This document shows positions 30,886 to 55,026 of a DNA stretch of 64,000 nucleotides, piece by piece. The DNA lies in assembly GCA_012295275.1 (NCBI GenBank), contig CM022673.1, positions 20,646,001 to 20,710,000 of the forward strand. Reading direction: 5' to 3'. The notes under the pieces were generated by a model, which made no database searches, had not been told where the DNA came from, and was given only the letters and a program-made list of their open reading frames with translations. Source of the DNA: Chrysomallon squamiferum (Eukaryota > Animalia > Mollusca). A program made the translations under genes and the position numbers. Position 1 is the first letter of the stretch. The number at the start of each line of letters is the position of its first letter.

Positions 30886-33800
30886 CTTATACTCAAAGTA
30901 CTTTTTTTTTTCACTGCTAAAATTGACTCAGCAGGTTTCTGTTTTTTCTTCCTTCTTTTTCATAGTCACGCACAAACACACACACACATTCAGAATTAAA
31001 TATCAAAAAGAAATTTTTGTTATAAACCAGTGTAACATGATCTTTTGACTTTTTTATAGGTTACTGTATATAAATAAATTCAATAGTTATTTACTAATAT
31101 ATGGATAATATTGCGAAGCATAAATGTGCTAAAACTACATATTACAATATACATTTATGAATCTGTGAAAGTAATATTCTTCTTCTTAATTCTTTTTTCA
31201 TATATAATCCTAAACATGACACCCCATAAACATGAAGACATAATGAAATCTATTATATAACGAAATGAGAAAGGGTGATATAATATTCCCATATAAATTA
31301 TTTCTCTGTTTTTTTTATGCACATGAATCATGACAAGTGAATAATGTCATGATGTTCATAGGTATCTGTCAGTGTGTGCTGATCTTTTCATTTCAAACGT
31401 GTGTCGTACCTGACACTCGGGTTTATTAATGCAGCCAAAAAAGACAAATACAAGTATACATTTCTGGCTGTAAGGGATCTCTTTCGTACTGTATACAAAT
31501 TTATAGTTTCTTTTTTCTTAAAATTTATGCCAGTGCACCTATAAACATATTTACTGTTGACTACTTTTAACGATCAGGAGAAATGTTTCTTTTATTACCT
31601 TTTGGTAATAATATACGGGTTAAAACGAAAATTTGACCTGCGTAGGACACGGAGGGGTATTGATACTACCACCCACAGCCCTGAAACCAGCTATCTGTCA
31701 TCTAACCTACAGCTCACTCCATTGTAAATCCTGGAAGAGTCACCCAGTCGATTTATTTATTACACACAGTACTACATAATATATGTTAATGAACTGTGCT
31801 TAATTAACATCAAAGACCGACGAACGTGGTAACTAACACGTTTTGTTAACACAGATTCTCTTTAAATTAAGCTATTGCATAAGATGAACTACAAAGCAAA
31901 CCATGTAATCTGTAAATGTCATGACATCTACTTGACCTTATAAAATCCTTAATTTCTGTGGTCTATATACAAACCTTAAGAATTTTATTTTTGTCATTAT
32001 GATGTCATTCAAATCGGATTTTCCATTACAAAGCCCATGCATTTTCCACCATTATATAGTCTTTGAATTCTTGTCCTTTGGAATATCCCCTTTAAAATAA
32101 TATTCTCTTCATTTTGTCATTTAATTACTATTTTCCCCATTACAGATTTCTTTACTGATAAAGTTCTTAAATTATCGTTTTATCCTTATAAAGTCTTTAA
32201 AATCTTTTCTCTTACAAAGTTGTTTTCCTTGATAAAGTCTTTAATAATCTGACGTCTTCCACAGGCCTTAAATTCCTTCCCAGCATTTGCCAGTATTTTC
32301 TTCTTTTTTCCACCCCATTTTTAAAATGTTTTTGTAATTACAATATAAAACACCATAAACAAAGAACCAAGAACATAAAGTTTTTAAAAAAAGAAGTAAC
32401 GCATTGTAAATATTCCACAACAGTTCAGTACTGCTTTTTATGGCAATATTTAAACATAATAAAACTACAAATTAACGTACACTCAGCCTTTTGGACACCA
32501 GTGTAAACTAGGTACATACAGATTATATTCAAGGTTATATTGACTTTAGAAACTGAAAACTGTTTACTTACTCGTAGCTTTATTCGGTGTGCAGCGACAG
32601 CGCTTAGGTAGGGTGTCTGGGGTGAGGTAGAAATGACAATTGAAAAACAAATTAAGCATTTATATAGCAACAACATTAACTGTATAACCGTAATATTAAT
32701 GTACTACTACAGACACGTCACTGTTTGGTTTTATATTATTATTATTATTATTGTTATTAAGTGATGCATGTTAGTTAAACAGACCACTATGCCGCTGGTA
32801 AGCTTTCTGTTATAGGCTGTTTGGATATTATACATTTTCCCATTAGCAACAAACGATCTTTTGTATGAAGCTTCCCACAGACAAGAGAGCACATACCAAA
32901 AGTGTTTGGTTTGAATCATAAGAGATGCCGGAAGGAGAAGGAAGGATTTTTCACCGTATCCTTAGAATAGGATTTATAGGATCAATAAATAGAACTTTAT
33001 GAACACTGAGTACTCGAAAACTACGTTGATGGTTTAGATCTTAAAAGACAATTTTGAAAATAGTTTTCATTTGAGAAAATAACAACTTTATTTTTGCTAT
33101 TTCAGAACAGTATTATGTATGAATTTTTCAAGGTGAAAACAAAAAGGAGTAAAAATAATGAGAAACAAGAGTTAATTTCATTTAGTTTTTGTGTTATTTA
33201 GATTTACAGGATAAAAGAAATAACTGGTTATTGTTTTACAATATCAACTTTATCATGTTGTGAATACATCTATGCAGAGTCTCCTTGCATTTCGACATTG
33301 TGACGTCGCTGATTAAAGATTAATACACTGTCCAGTTATATATACATATGTTTGTACATATGGTTTAGGTTGACGTATTCATCACTACTTATTAAAATAT
33401 AGAACCGTCTCTTTTTATTTTGTTTTATCTGATATTAGTCTGTGCATTTGGATCGATAGGCAATGTCATTACGGCGGACTCACAGCTACTCGAACCATTG
33501 ACAGAATGTATTGTTGTGCGGTTATTCACAAGTAGTGTGTACACAGCCGCTTTCTATTAGCCAGGCTTTTCTGCCAAATAAGATTAAGAATGTTCTGCTG
33601 TACAACTCACCCGTTACGTCATTAGTCCCGGCGCGTTTTGTACATATACTCAGCAACATAAGTTAAGCCAGAATGGCCTTTACTTGCCGAAGGTTAGGTT
33701 GTCGGCCTCCTTGCAGGTCGATCCTTTGGTTTAGAAGTTAGCCTCTCGGTGATGGCTTCTGTTCCAGAGATAAGAGAAAGGTTTCATTATAACGCAGTGA

Positions 33801-34059
33801 TCAAATAACATTTAGCTAAGTGACTAAGTGTCTAAGTAAGTGAGGAAGACTGGTCTAGATCAGATGGACACTTGATGAGTCGTGTGATAAATCATATTGG
33901 TCTATACCAGCCAGTTACCCCACGATTGCTTTTATTTCTCTCCAGCCCACGGGTGGGTATTTTGAAAGATTTACTGAATCTACAAATATAAGAGAGGAAT
34001 GTGGAGTTGCGGGTTTCCTTCTTACCTGTAAATAAAAACAAACTGAAATACAATTCTTT

Positions 34060-34090
<31 letters not shown>

Positions 34091-34954
34091 TATTATTATT
34101 ATTATTATTATTTATTTATTTTTTATTATTGTTTTTTTTAATATATATATACTGTAAATATCAACATTTTTTTTTTTTTTTTTTTGTTGTTGTTGTTATG
34201 ACGACAGTATTGATTTACATTCTTCTAGAAAATATAAATCTTTTGTAAAAACAATAACCAAATATTTCAGTGTATTTTAATTAATTAATGTATTTTTTAT
34301 TTTTAAGAGTTCCCCTTGCTAAATTATGTCGCGGTCACCCATACATTAACGTAATAAACCGTGCACTGGTATACGTCTCGAGTCTTATCAACACGACAAA
34401 ACTCGGTGATTAGAAGCGTAAATGAACGGGTCACCGGTTTACTTTGTCAGCTTATTGTGCTTCCCAGACAACACCGCCACAGAGATTTCGGGTAATTTGT
34501 TACGTATTACCTGTCTCGCAGTTGTTGACGCGTATATTATATCAAACAAGACTTGAAAAGTACTACAAAGCCGTGTAATAGCAGCTGGCCAAGCGATACG
34601 ACAAACGTTTTGTTAAAATATAGATATTTCTTCATGATACACTTCTACGCGAAGAATATCAAGTGCTGTTTAACGAAAGATTATGCGACTGATCTCCATG
34701 TTTCACGAACGTTTATGCAGCTGATCTCAGTCTTTCATGAAAATGTATGCGGTTGATCTACGTAATTCTAAAAAAAAAAAAAAAAAAAATTGAAAAATAA
34801 ATTACGGTTTGGATATGCATTTACGCTGCCTATCACCGTCTTTCACAAAAATTTGATACCGTGCTCGGCTGATAGCCTTCTTACATAAAGCGTTATGTGA
34901 CATTCATCTGTGTATTTTTAAATTTTACCATCATCACCAACTGAGAAAATAAAG

Positions 34955-34959
<5 letters not shown>

Positions 34960-35049
<90 letters not shown>
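34960..35049. repeat. Compound (CT)n(CA)n microsatellite
   Basis: Read directly. Confidence 0.95.
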
Positions 35050-35051
<2 letters not shown>

Positions 35052-35601
35052 AAACACAGACACACAAAATACTATTTAATTATACAAATCTTTATAATAA
35101 TTGAAATATTATCGTTTGTTCAAATGCTACTAATATATAATCGTCTTTGCCTAATTCTTTTATTAAAAATGGGCCAGCTCCAGTAAAAATTAAAAAATAC
35201 ACTACAATTAACGTACACAGGTGGCTTGTGAAATCTTGTTTTAACAACTCTAAGACAAAAATTACAGTCTTTAAGTCTGTCTCACACGAACTTAGTATCA
35301 TAAAACGGCTGTATCCTAGAGTCTACATTGTTTGCGTATTAGGCATTATAAAGTACACTAAATGTCAAACATATTTATCTAGTTGAGACCTGTGTTTGTA
35401 TTCCTGTTTTACAAAAAGAAAAGGTAGACATGTATAAACAGTTGAAATTAGAAAGACGAGTGAATGACTGAATAAAGAAGGAAAACTGAGTGAATAAAAA
35501 TCAGTACATTGTATTCACTGCTGCTAGATGTTAGTTAGGAAAGTAGGTACGGAAATAGATGAAGGCTAACATGTTCTGATGGTTATTATTGTTATTACTG
35601 G

Positions 35602-35632
<31 letters not shown>

Positions 35633-37616
35633 ATATATATGTATGAACTGTTTTGAAAACATTAAAATCACTATAGTAATCCAAATAATTAACGACTGTT
35701 TATTAAATATATTGTCAAACAGCAGTTGCTATCAGATCTTATAATCTTGATATGTGATGCCAGTTAAACTAAAGTATTTTTTTCCTTAACAAGAAAAAAA
35801 ACAAAACAAAAAAAAAAAAAAAAAAAAGAGAATAAAAAGAAAAAGAAAAAAGAAACAAACGACCTAATAAAATGAAATAAATAAAAGACTAATGATCTTT
35901 TCAAATTACTTCATTTTTTACATTTATTCATCTTTTAAAATTATTATATTTTTCTATTTAAGGTAATCATTATAAATAGGTCTCATAAAGAGATAGTCAG
36001 ATGCCCTCAGACGTATGTAAATACAATGATCTTGAAATGAATACTCAGTGAGAAAACAACCATTAGTCATGTCTTGTCTACACGTTATCTTTAACATGTC
36101 AACGTAAACAATATTTTCACGTAGCTATATATTATAAACCAGTTATATATTACTGGTTCATTGCCCTTCGCTGTTGCGCTAACGGTATCTGTCACTGAAC
36201 AGTCATTACAGAATTAAAATCTTATATTAATAAGTGTAGTAGTAATAACAATACCTGAAATCCTTGGATTAAATATTTGGTTGATGCGTTTAACGTTTCA
36301 AATACGATAGCAGAGCATATCCAATGTGGTCACTTAATACGTGAGCCAAATATATATATATGAGTGTGTGTGTGGTTCTTGGCCGTTTGGCAAGCTTGAT
36401 TATTTTTAGTTCTGTACAAATATTCCTTTTAATTTTTTATCCTCCGTTACAGAATTTTTCTCGCGTTAGCCCCAGGAGTATGTCTACCACTGCTTGAAAT
36501 CCTCTGAAGTAAAGAATAAGAAAACTGCCTTACTTTGACGGTAGCCGTTTAGATGATTAAATATGTCAAATAAATTATAAATAAGGAAGCTCGCAGAGAT
36601 CTGTTATCTACAAATCATTTTGATTTAGCTTTGGCTACCTCTCATCAAGTCTTTTTTTGATATAGGGTAATGTTACAGACGAACTGCTCGATCAACAGCA
36701 AGAAGTAAAAACCAACAAATGAACAAACAAAGCAACAAATATGTTTTTTCTTGTTGGAAATTCACTTAAATCTTGCTATTGTAGGTATCATATTGTTTTG
36801 TTTTTACTTTAAAATACCACTGTTCTTTCCACATATTTTAAAACATGTGAAACTTTGAAAATAAACTTGCTCTGCAGTGATACATTCTCTGGATGTGTCT
36901 GTGTATTTCGATATGTGTTTATTAATGATACAATATTAGGTGTATGCTGTGTGCATTCGTCAAGGTGATGCTATGGTATTTGTACGTGTATTCGTATATG
37001 TTTGTATTTCTGGGAACGATGTCCGTAAACGGGGACGTAAGACTACAGCATCAACCACATCACGAAACTGACGCCACCGCCTTTTGCAGATTAAGATTTC
37101 TCCTGGTCTGCGAATTAGTGAAACGCTATAACACTGATTTATTCTGGGTAATCAGTATGTGCAGCCTTGACTGAACTCGTTGAGATTACTGGGAATAACA
37201 TAATATTGTTCACTTATTGCCGGAATCCCAGTGCACAAATACAAACCCACCCACTAATTTATGAGATTATACTGAATATCCTTTTCAACCTGCAGCTGAA
37301 CTCCATTTTCCATGTATCAACAATGATTATACAATTATACATACACATGTTAATGCATAAACACAACTGGAATTCAGCAAATATATATAAACAATACAAA
37401 TACATAAAAAACATGAAGCTATTCAATTATGATTTTCATCGATTAATGTTTTCTCCAGGGTATTACTATAGTTAAGTTAGAATAAGAACGAATTCTTGAT
37501 CACCAAAAAAAAAAAAAAAAAAAAAGAAGAAGAAATATATATATTTTGTGTATGGCAGTTTGAATTTGTAGTTCACACATTAAAAGCTGAAACAACTCCT
37601 GAAACGAGAGGTTGTA

Positions 37617-37620
<4 letters not shown>

Positions 37621-37707
<87 letters not shown>
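37621..37707. repeat. (GA)n microsatellite
   Basis: Read directly; source of the spurious ERERER and SLSLSL ORFs. Confidence 0.95.
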
Positions 37708-37713
<6 letters not shown>

Positions 37714-38438
37714 AAACGTTGACCACATTATTGTAGAATGTTTTTCTCATCCTATTTTCTTTTTCACTTCTTTTTTTAAAGAAAACAACAACAAAAACAA
37801 AAATAAACAAATAGACAAAACAAAAGAAAACAAAAGTACAGTAAATAAATAAATAAATAAATAATAAAAACGTAAGAAACGGTTGTTATATAATTATTTC
37901 AATAAATGGTTTTTGGTATTTGTTTTTGTAATATAACCTCCTAGGCTAACATATAAAACACAAACTGAACTATATAAATAAATATATTTGATTAATATTC
38001 GGATGCAGAAAACTGAAACAGAAAATGTGTGACATACATACTATACTGTAAATGGAATTAAAACAAATAACGTGGTAACATCTGAAATCACGGGCTCAAG
38101 AGGGTAGAAAATAAATAACATACTCTTCGTGACAGCTATATTAATCATTCATAAATATTATCGCCCCCGTCTCTATCGCTATGCTGGTTGCTGGGGAGAG
38201 TCATGAGCCTTTGCTTGCCTTAATCAAAAGTGATAGAAACCAAAAAGGTCGCCTGATGCTACTTTAGTCTTAAATCCTTAATGAGGTTGCGAAATAATCC
38301 TATTCTTGTAAAATCCAAACAAAAGTAGAGATTACGTTTTTCTTGTTGATTGAACTAATAATGTATGGAATCTATGTAATAACTTAATCTACTTTTTTTT
38401 TCTTACTTTTATTTTTAAAACTCTTGTGTAGCATTTCG

Positions 38439-38486
38439 CCGGAACTGGAAGTGACAGTGCGAGCACGTGACCTGTTGCTTGGATAC
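38439..38486 (+). promoter_or_regulatory. Tektin promoter: ETS sites (CCGGAA, GGAAGTG), E-box CACGTG and RFX X-box-like GTTGCTTGGATAC (38474-38486)
   Basis: Motifs ~120-165 nt upstream of the ATG; X-boxes are the established RFX elements of ciliary genes. Confidence 0.55.
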
Positions 38487-38603
38487 GGTTGTCGGGGCAT
38501 ACTGGTATAGCAGACGACATCACTATTTCGATTGAGTATAAATTGTCAACGTATTGACATCTGTTGTATGTTTACTTCTCTCTCAAGTTAAACAGAGGCA
38601 ACA

Positions 38604-48604
<10,001 letters not shown>

Positions 48605-50717
48605 GCGGTCATTTTTCTAAAAATTATTAACTGTTTTTTTTTTTATTTTTTTTTTTTTTTTATATTGTTTACTTTATTTTTTAATTTTGGAAATATCTTT
48701 ATCTTATTAATTGTTTTCATTGTTTCTTCTTTTTCAAACTGAACATTTGATTTCATTAACTTGTAACACTATTTAATAACCAGAATACGCGATGACGTAA
48801 ATAGTTTACTGTTATGCAGATATAGAAAATGGACAAGAAACAAACAACTGAATGACTGCATAACTTATATGAATATATATATCGTGAAGCTTATTTATCT
48901 TTTACTTTTTGCAATGATTGAAGTGTGATCTCTGTTAGACTATTCCAGAAAGCAAACAGACATGCTAGGTTTTCGTTTTGTAAAAATATCGTTGTAGTTA
49001 AGAAAAAGGTAAACAATGTTTTTGTTTTCGGATTTTAGTAGCACTATATTTATGACTGTGTGTGTGTGTGTGTGTGTGTTTTCTTATTAATAATAAATTC
49101 ATGAGAATATTAGAAATTTAATATTCACTATGATTTTTTTTTTTCTGATCTATTGCTCACAGGCGGTGTAATTATTTTAAAAGTCTGGCCCAGATGAGTG
49201 TAATTACTAGTTCTTGCCAATTATAACAGTCAGTATTACAATAATACGTTTTTCTTAGTGTTTTCTCCTGGTGCTGTGAGAGAGACTTTTCTATTTATCA
49301 TCATTTTTTTCTACTGTTGTTTATTAATCACACTGAATTTTTGTAAATTTAATTTTTTTTTTTTTTTTTTTTTTTTTTTGACACTTGATTGCTGTGATAT
49401 ATTTGTACAGTATTATTTGGAAGACATAGCTTTAACAATTTCGTATTATTTACTTATATTCTAAACGGTCCAAGATTCGTTTGATACTTAGCACTAAGGG
49501 ACAGAAACTGTCGTAGATGGATGCATGGCCCTTATTTTAAATTTATTTAATTAGTGCAAAACCTTATATTCCGATAAACAAGTTAGAGAATCATTTGTTT
49601 TCAGTCCAAAAATAAATGTTTTGCCTCCCGTACTGTCTAGAGGGGAAAGTCATATAGTTGCTAGGTATCAGCGAAAATACGAAAGATATTTAGAAACATC
49701 TTTGTAACATTTTCGATTTCTATTCTTATAGACACTTTTTGCAATACGCCGGAATCTTGTCAGACTTTTATATATCTTTATATATTTGGCTAGTATTAAC
49801 AAATTTTGTAGATTTTTATTGTACATTCCATTTTTTCATTTTTAACTATTTATCGGCGGTGTTTACCTTTATGTGTCACTGCTTGATAAACATGTACTTA
49901 TTTATTATATAGAAACACAAATCTAAATAATTATATATATATATATCTAAATATACACATAATTATAATATATATACTTTTTAATTTCCGGCGTGTATGC
50001 GCAAAATCTAATTTTACTTTAAAACCATATCAGTATTATTAGAATCTATTGTGTTAAGTAGATTTATTTATTTATTTATTATTATTATTATTATAATTTT
50101 TTTTTTTAGAGGAATGCATGTGGAACTTATTTTTGATTTTTGCTTGTGTTTTTTTTTTTTTTTTTTTTCAGAATGTAACTTGTACACAAACTTTTTCGTT
50201 AGTTCCAAATTTTCGTTAAGGATCTTTAAGAAATGAATCAGATTATTTACTCCAATCCAGTAAAATAATAAAAATTAATAATAATTATATTTAATTTGAA
50301 TGAAATATAAAAATTTAATTTCAAATTTTTATAATCAAATATTATATTCTTTTAATGGTCCACTGGCCTAATTTTCTAATTAATAAGGAAAGAAATAAGT
50401 AATATTAATAAAATGTAACATCAATTCTAAATGCTATAAAATGTATTGTAGTATTAAAAAGTCAAATTAAAAACAATTAAGAAATTGAAAATTAAGAAAT
50501 ATACACTTTAAGCTTGTTTTGTATATATGAGTGTGCGTTTTAATTTTGTTAATACAGGTTCCAGACTTACCATGCATTTATGCTTCTAGTGTAGTATTTC
50601 GCACAATAAATTTTTCGTTCACATTTTACTTGTTATTATTATTTCCCAGTTTTCATTATAACAAAGCATCATGTTTGTTGTAGATTTAAAAACAACAATA
50701 CGATAATAATAGTATTT

Positions 50718-50720
<3 letters not shown>

Positions 50721-50802
<82 letters not shown>

Positions 50803-50867
50803 GTCTCTTACTTTCTGTCTCTCTCTCTAGTCTCTTACTTTCTGTCTCTCTCTCTAGTCTCTTACTT

Positions 50868-50958
<91 letters not shown>
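50721..50958. repeat. (CT)n microsatellite with three embedded 27-bp units (tagtctcttactttctgtctctctctc)
   Basis: Read directly; gives the spurious LERETESKR x3 ORF. Confidence 0.9.
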
Positions 50959-50962
<4 letters not shown>

Positions 50963-51797
50963 GTCTGTCGCTATCTCTTCACATTCTCTCATTCTCTCAT
51001 ATTAACACCTTGATTTAAAATAGCTGACCTCATGGTACCACGATAATGCTAAATAGAAGTACAGAAGACATATTTATATAAAACTTTAAAAGTATTCTAT
51101 TTATTTATATATTTATTTTATTTTATTTATTTTTATTCATTCATTCATCCATTCTAAATTCAAAACAGATGATACAAAAGTTTATTCTTTTGACTTTTTA
51201 TTTATATATCTGATAAGTATTAAAAAGAGGCCCTAACTAGTAATATGCTGTTAGCTGTTACAAGCAATTATGTAACAGTATTTTTTCATATCTACTCATG
51301 AAGGTGACGGTTACACCTTTAAAAATAATCTGCAACATCAAATAGCGTTGTCTCTGAGCTTCTTTTTAATTCATTTTTGATCAAAAACTTTAAATGTTGC
51401 AGAGCTCACAAAAATGTCGTGGCTTTTTTCTTTTTTCTTTTTTCATAAAAGTATGGTTTTAATTTTTATCAGTCAGATTTATCAGTAATGTATATGTAAA
51501 AGTTGAAACTTTTCACTGAGATTAATAATTGCAAACTAATAGGTCAGATTTATAGTACTGAGCGTTTCAATCGCACAGTATTCCAGTTCATATCACGGTA
51601 TATCCGTGACGTAACTTTGTGACATTAATATTAGAGAGTGTGCGCACATAGCCGAAATAATAGTAAAGCACATTCAACAAAAACTATCTTTCGATAAAAT
51701 ATTTTCTGAATAATTATAATAAAAAGGTCATGTTAAAATTCCTTGTTGTTTACTGTTTGCTGTAAAGGTAATAATAATAATCGACAACAATCCCAGC

Positions 51798-51825
51798 TGA
51801 CGTCATTAACAATCTGATGACGTCA
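51798..51825. promoter_or_regulatory. Two perfect CRE palindromes TGACGTCA (51798-51805, 51818-51825) upstream of the half-tektin ATG
   Basis: Read directly; 20-bp start-to-start spacing; ~250 nt upstream of ATG 52071. Confidence 0.5.
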
Positions 51826-52665
51826 GGTGGAAACTTCTCTGCATGTAGTGTGTTATGGGGGATGCATGCTACGTATCCGCCATTGTTTCCTCTCCTGAAA
51901 GAATCTCCAGCAACATAAGTTCACAATACAATCGCAAGATCAACACATATCGGTTTCATCAGTTTGGGCAGTTTGTATATCGATAATCGTTCAGTCAGTA
52001 AATGAATTACAATAGACGTCGATAATAATAACGTTCTGAAAATTTACAGAAATTTCCCATTCCTTGCAAAATGAATCAGACTAGCAAGGAGACTGATCCT
52101 AATAAAAAATATGTTGTGTATCGCAGGAAAAAAAGTGTGACGTTTAATAACAACACAGGATTAAACAGCAGAGTACCAAGCAGCGAAAACGTTAACAGGT
52201 TCGTTTCTCTGAACAGAGTGATATCCTATTTGTTTGTCTATGGATGCATAGGATTTATGAAACATGCATGTTTATAAAATATAATAGCTGACAGATATTT
52301 TATAGTAGTGGACATGCACAGCCTGCTCGGAACATATATATGTACATAACTTAGCTTCACATTAACTCGAAAAACGTGACTGACTATCTGTGTTTGGGAG
52401 AGGATAAGTAATTAATTAATGTATACTAAGAATGCTTTAGGTATTTCCCTGTGGTAGATAAATATTTGTAAATACAGGTCCGACCACTTTCTTCTTCTTC
52501 GTCTTCTTAATAAATTATTTTTATAATAACAAAAACTTATTATTGTTGTTGTTGTTGTTGTTGATTAAAGATTTCAGACATCTGAGACGCCTAGGAAATT
52601 ATTTAATTATAAATGTAAAAAAAAAAAACTTCTGTTAAAATTAGAATATCTCTGAAGCTGTCTAT

Positions 52666-52702
<37 letters not shown>

Positions 52703-53768
52703 AGATACAGCAGCCCTTCATTGCAGGCCATGAAAAGTGAATCCACGAATCATCTACATGTTCCGAAAATAAAAAAATTATCGAAGCGAAACAGCTATAC
52801 AGCTAACGACAGAAAATTATCTGTTGAATCCGTCGAAAGCAGGTGCTTTTTTATTTGACATACATCAGTATGCTATTTAGTCTCTACAACAGTTATTTAC
52901 TTATCGGTTAATAGATTTGAAACAAGTCATAACAGAACGCTCGTCTGACCTGCGATGGTTCCGTGGTTCCAACCTTTTCAATTAGTCATTGCAGCTTTTT
53001 CTTGTAGCCGTCATTACTCTGACCTCTTTATTAAAATATTACTTTTGAAACAACAATTAGAAACATTTTCATTACTATTTTTGTCTTGTACATACTCAGA
53101 TACAGTATTACTTCGCTGAAAGCTGAACTTACAAATGTACCTACTATATCGGGACGATCCAACGTATCACGGAAGAATCACAGCAAGCAATCAGAAACTG
53201 ATATCAGACCGGTGAAGGAAACTCTGGAAACCAGGTGAGTCTTATCTAACACAGGGTTTTTGCACTGCAGTGTCTCTAATATCTATAATAACCATTAAAA
53301 GTGATGATTTATTTTAAAGTTTCTACTCAAAAAATGTTAAAAGCTATTTTTCATTCAGGATATTTTCTTTCTTTCTTTCTTTCTATTTCTGTTTTTCTTC
53401 TTTCCATTCTTTCTTCTTTTCTTCTTTGTCTTTCATCTTTCGCAGAAAGAATAAAGAAATCTCAGTGGATGAGACGCCGTTTGAAACAAAACACAGTGTT
53501 GAAGATGAAGATTCTCAGGGAAGTTTGCATCACCAGACATTGTGTTCTGGAAGACATGCCGTGGAAACACTGGATGACATGTAAATTGGCTTAAATTTCT
53601 TTTTACTGACAGTACACTGTTACACATTTTAGGTGTGAACCCATTGTTAAGAAAGGAATTTAATCATTATTGTTGACATAATTTTATAGTATTCAGTGAT
53701 TTAAAGTATATTAAATAAATAACAATAATAAATAGAAAATGCCACGTAACACCAATTTCTTATATATA

Positions 53769-53770
<2 letters not shown>

Positions 53771-53852
<82 letters not shown>
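53771..53852. repeat. (CT)n microsatellite
   Basis: Read directly. Confidence 0.95.
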
Positions 53853-53857
<5 letters not shown>

Positions 53858-55026
53858 TTACAAATACATCAGTCTTTTATATAAAAGGTTAGATTTATTT
53901 ATTATAAGTTCAGAGTATGTATATAATAGCCATTGTTCGTAAAATTATGAATTGATTTATAATAGAAAAAATAGAAAATACAGAATGAATTAAAATTAAT
54001 TGTGACAGTTAGATGATAAACTATAAGTTAAAGAATATATTTGTATTTAAAGGATGATAGAAAATGAAATAACATTAAAAAAAAAAAAAAAAAAAAACAA
54101 AAAACAAACAGTATAAAGTTGAAATTATCGTTGTAAAATGTGATATGAAATATTGCATAATCTTTAATAGTCAAACAGAATTAATATAATATTTATTAAA
54201 TATTATTTCTGTATCACTAGTTATCAAAATCAGAATAATCGTCGGCGTCTATATAGTTTCAGAACGCGCCATGTTCCAATGGTCGATGAAGAAACAAATT
54301 TAAAAGGTGATGGAGAAATAAACTCTGAAGATTTCAACACGTACGTTTTTCAGTAGTCGTGTCAGATAGTCTGCATATTGTGTGTACTATAACAGACAGT
54401 GCATGTTGATGCCTGTAAACAGATTATTTTAATGTTGTAAAATATTTATTTATTTATTTATTTATTTAAATATTTATTCATTAAATACAGTTTTCTTTAT
54501 TTTTTCTCTTTTTTTTAAATTATTTTTATTTTTATTATTATTTTTTTTTTTCTTGAGAAACGGACTTCCACTGCTGAACTGATTATTAAATATTGGTATT
54601 CATTTATTATGCTACTTTTTAAGAAATAATTAATTCTTGACTCCAGTTTTTTAATGTTTATTTTCTTTCAGGGACGCAGACCCGGGTCCGCTGTGTGCTG
54701 ACACCAGCCACACTGTCAACATGTCCACGATACTCAGAGAAGCCTCGCAACATCTCCGCGAGGAGATCGAGAGCTGCCTCAGGTCGTGCTTCGCCGAGAT
54801 GCTGCACAACTTTAACGTCGTCAACAACGCCTTCGATATGAGAATCAGAGAGACAGTTGATGCCCGCAACAAAATGGAGTTCCACTTTAAAAAGGTAAGT
54901 ACATTTACAGGTTGTCAGTGTTAGGATAAACAATTTGATTCTACAGAATTACAAACTGCTGATATTCTAAATGCCTAAACCTCAGTCGACAATAAAAGAA
55001 ACTATGTATAAATATATATATATATT

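Noticed and set aside
50669-50992. ERERER/LERETESKR repeat ORF, and similar ORFs at 37496-37810, 53739-53942 and 22425-22724
   Set aside because: Dinucleotide microsatellite translations with no splice or codon support.
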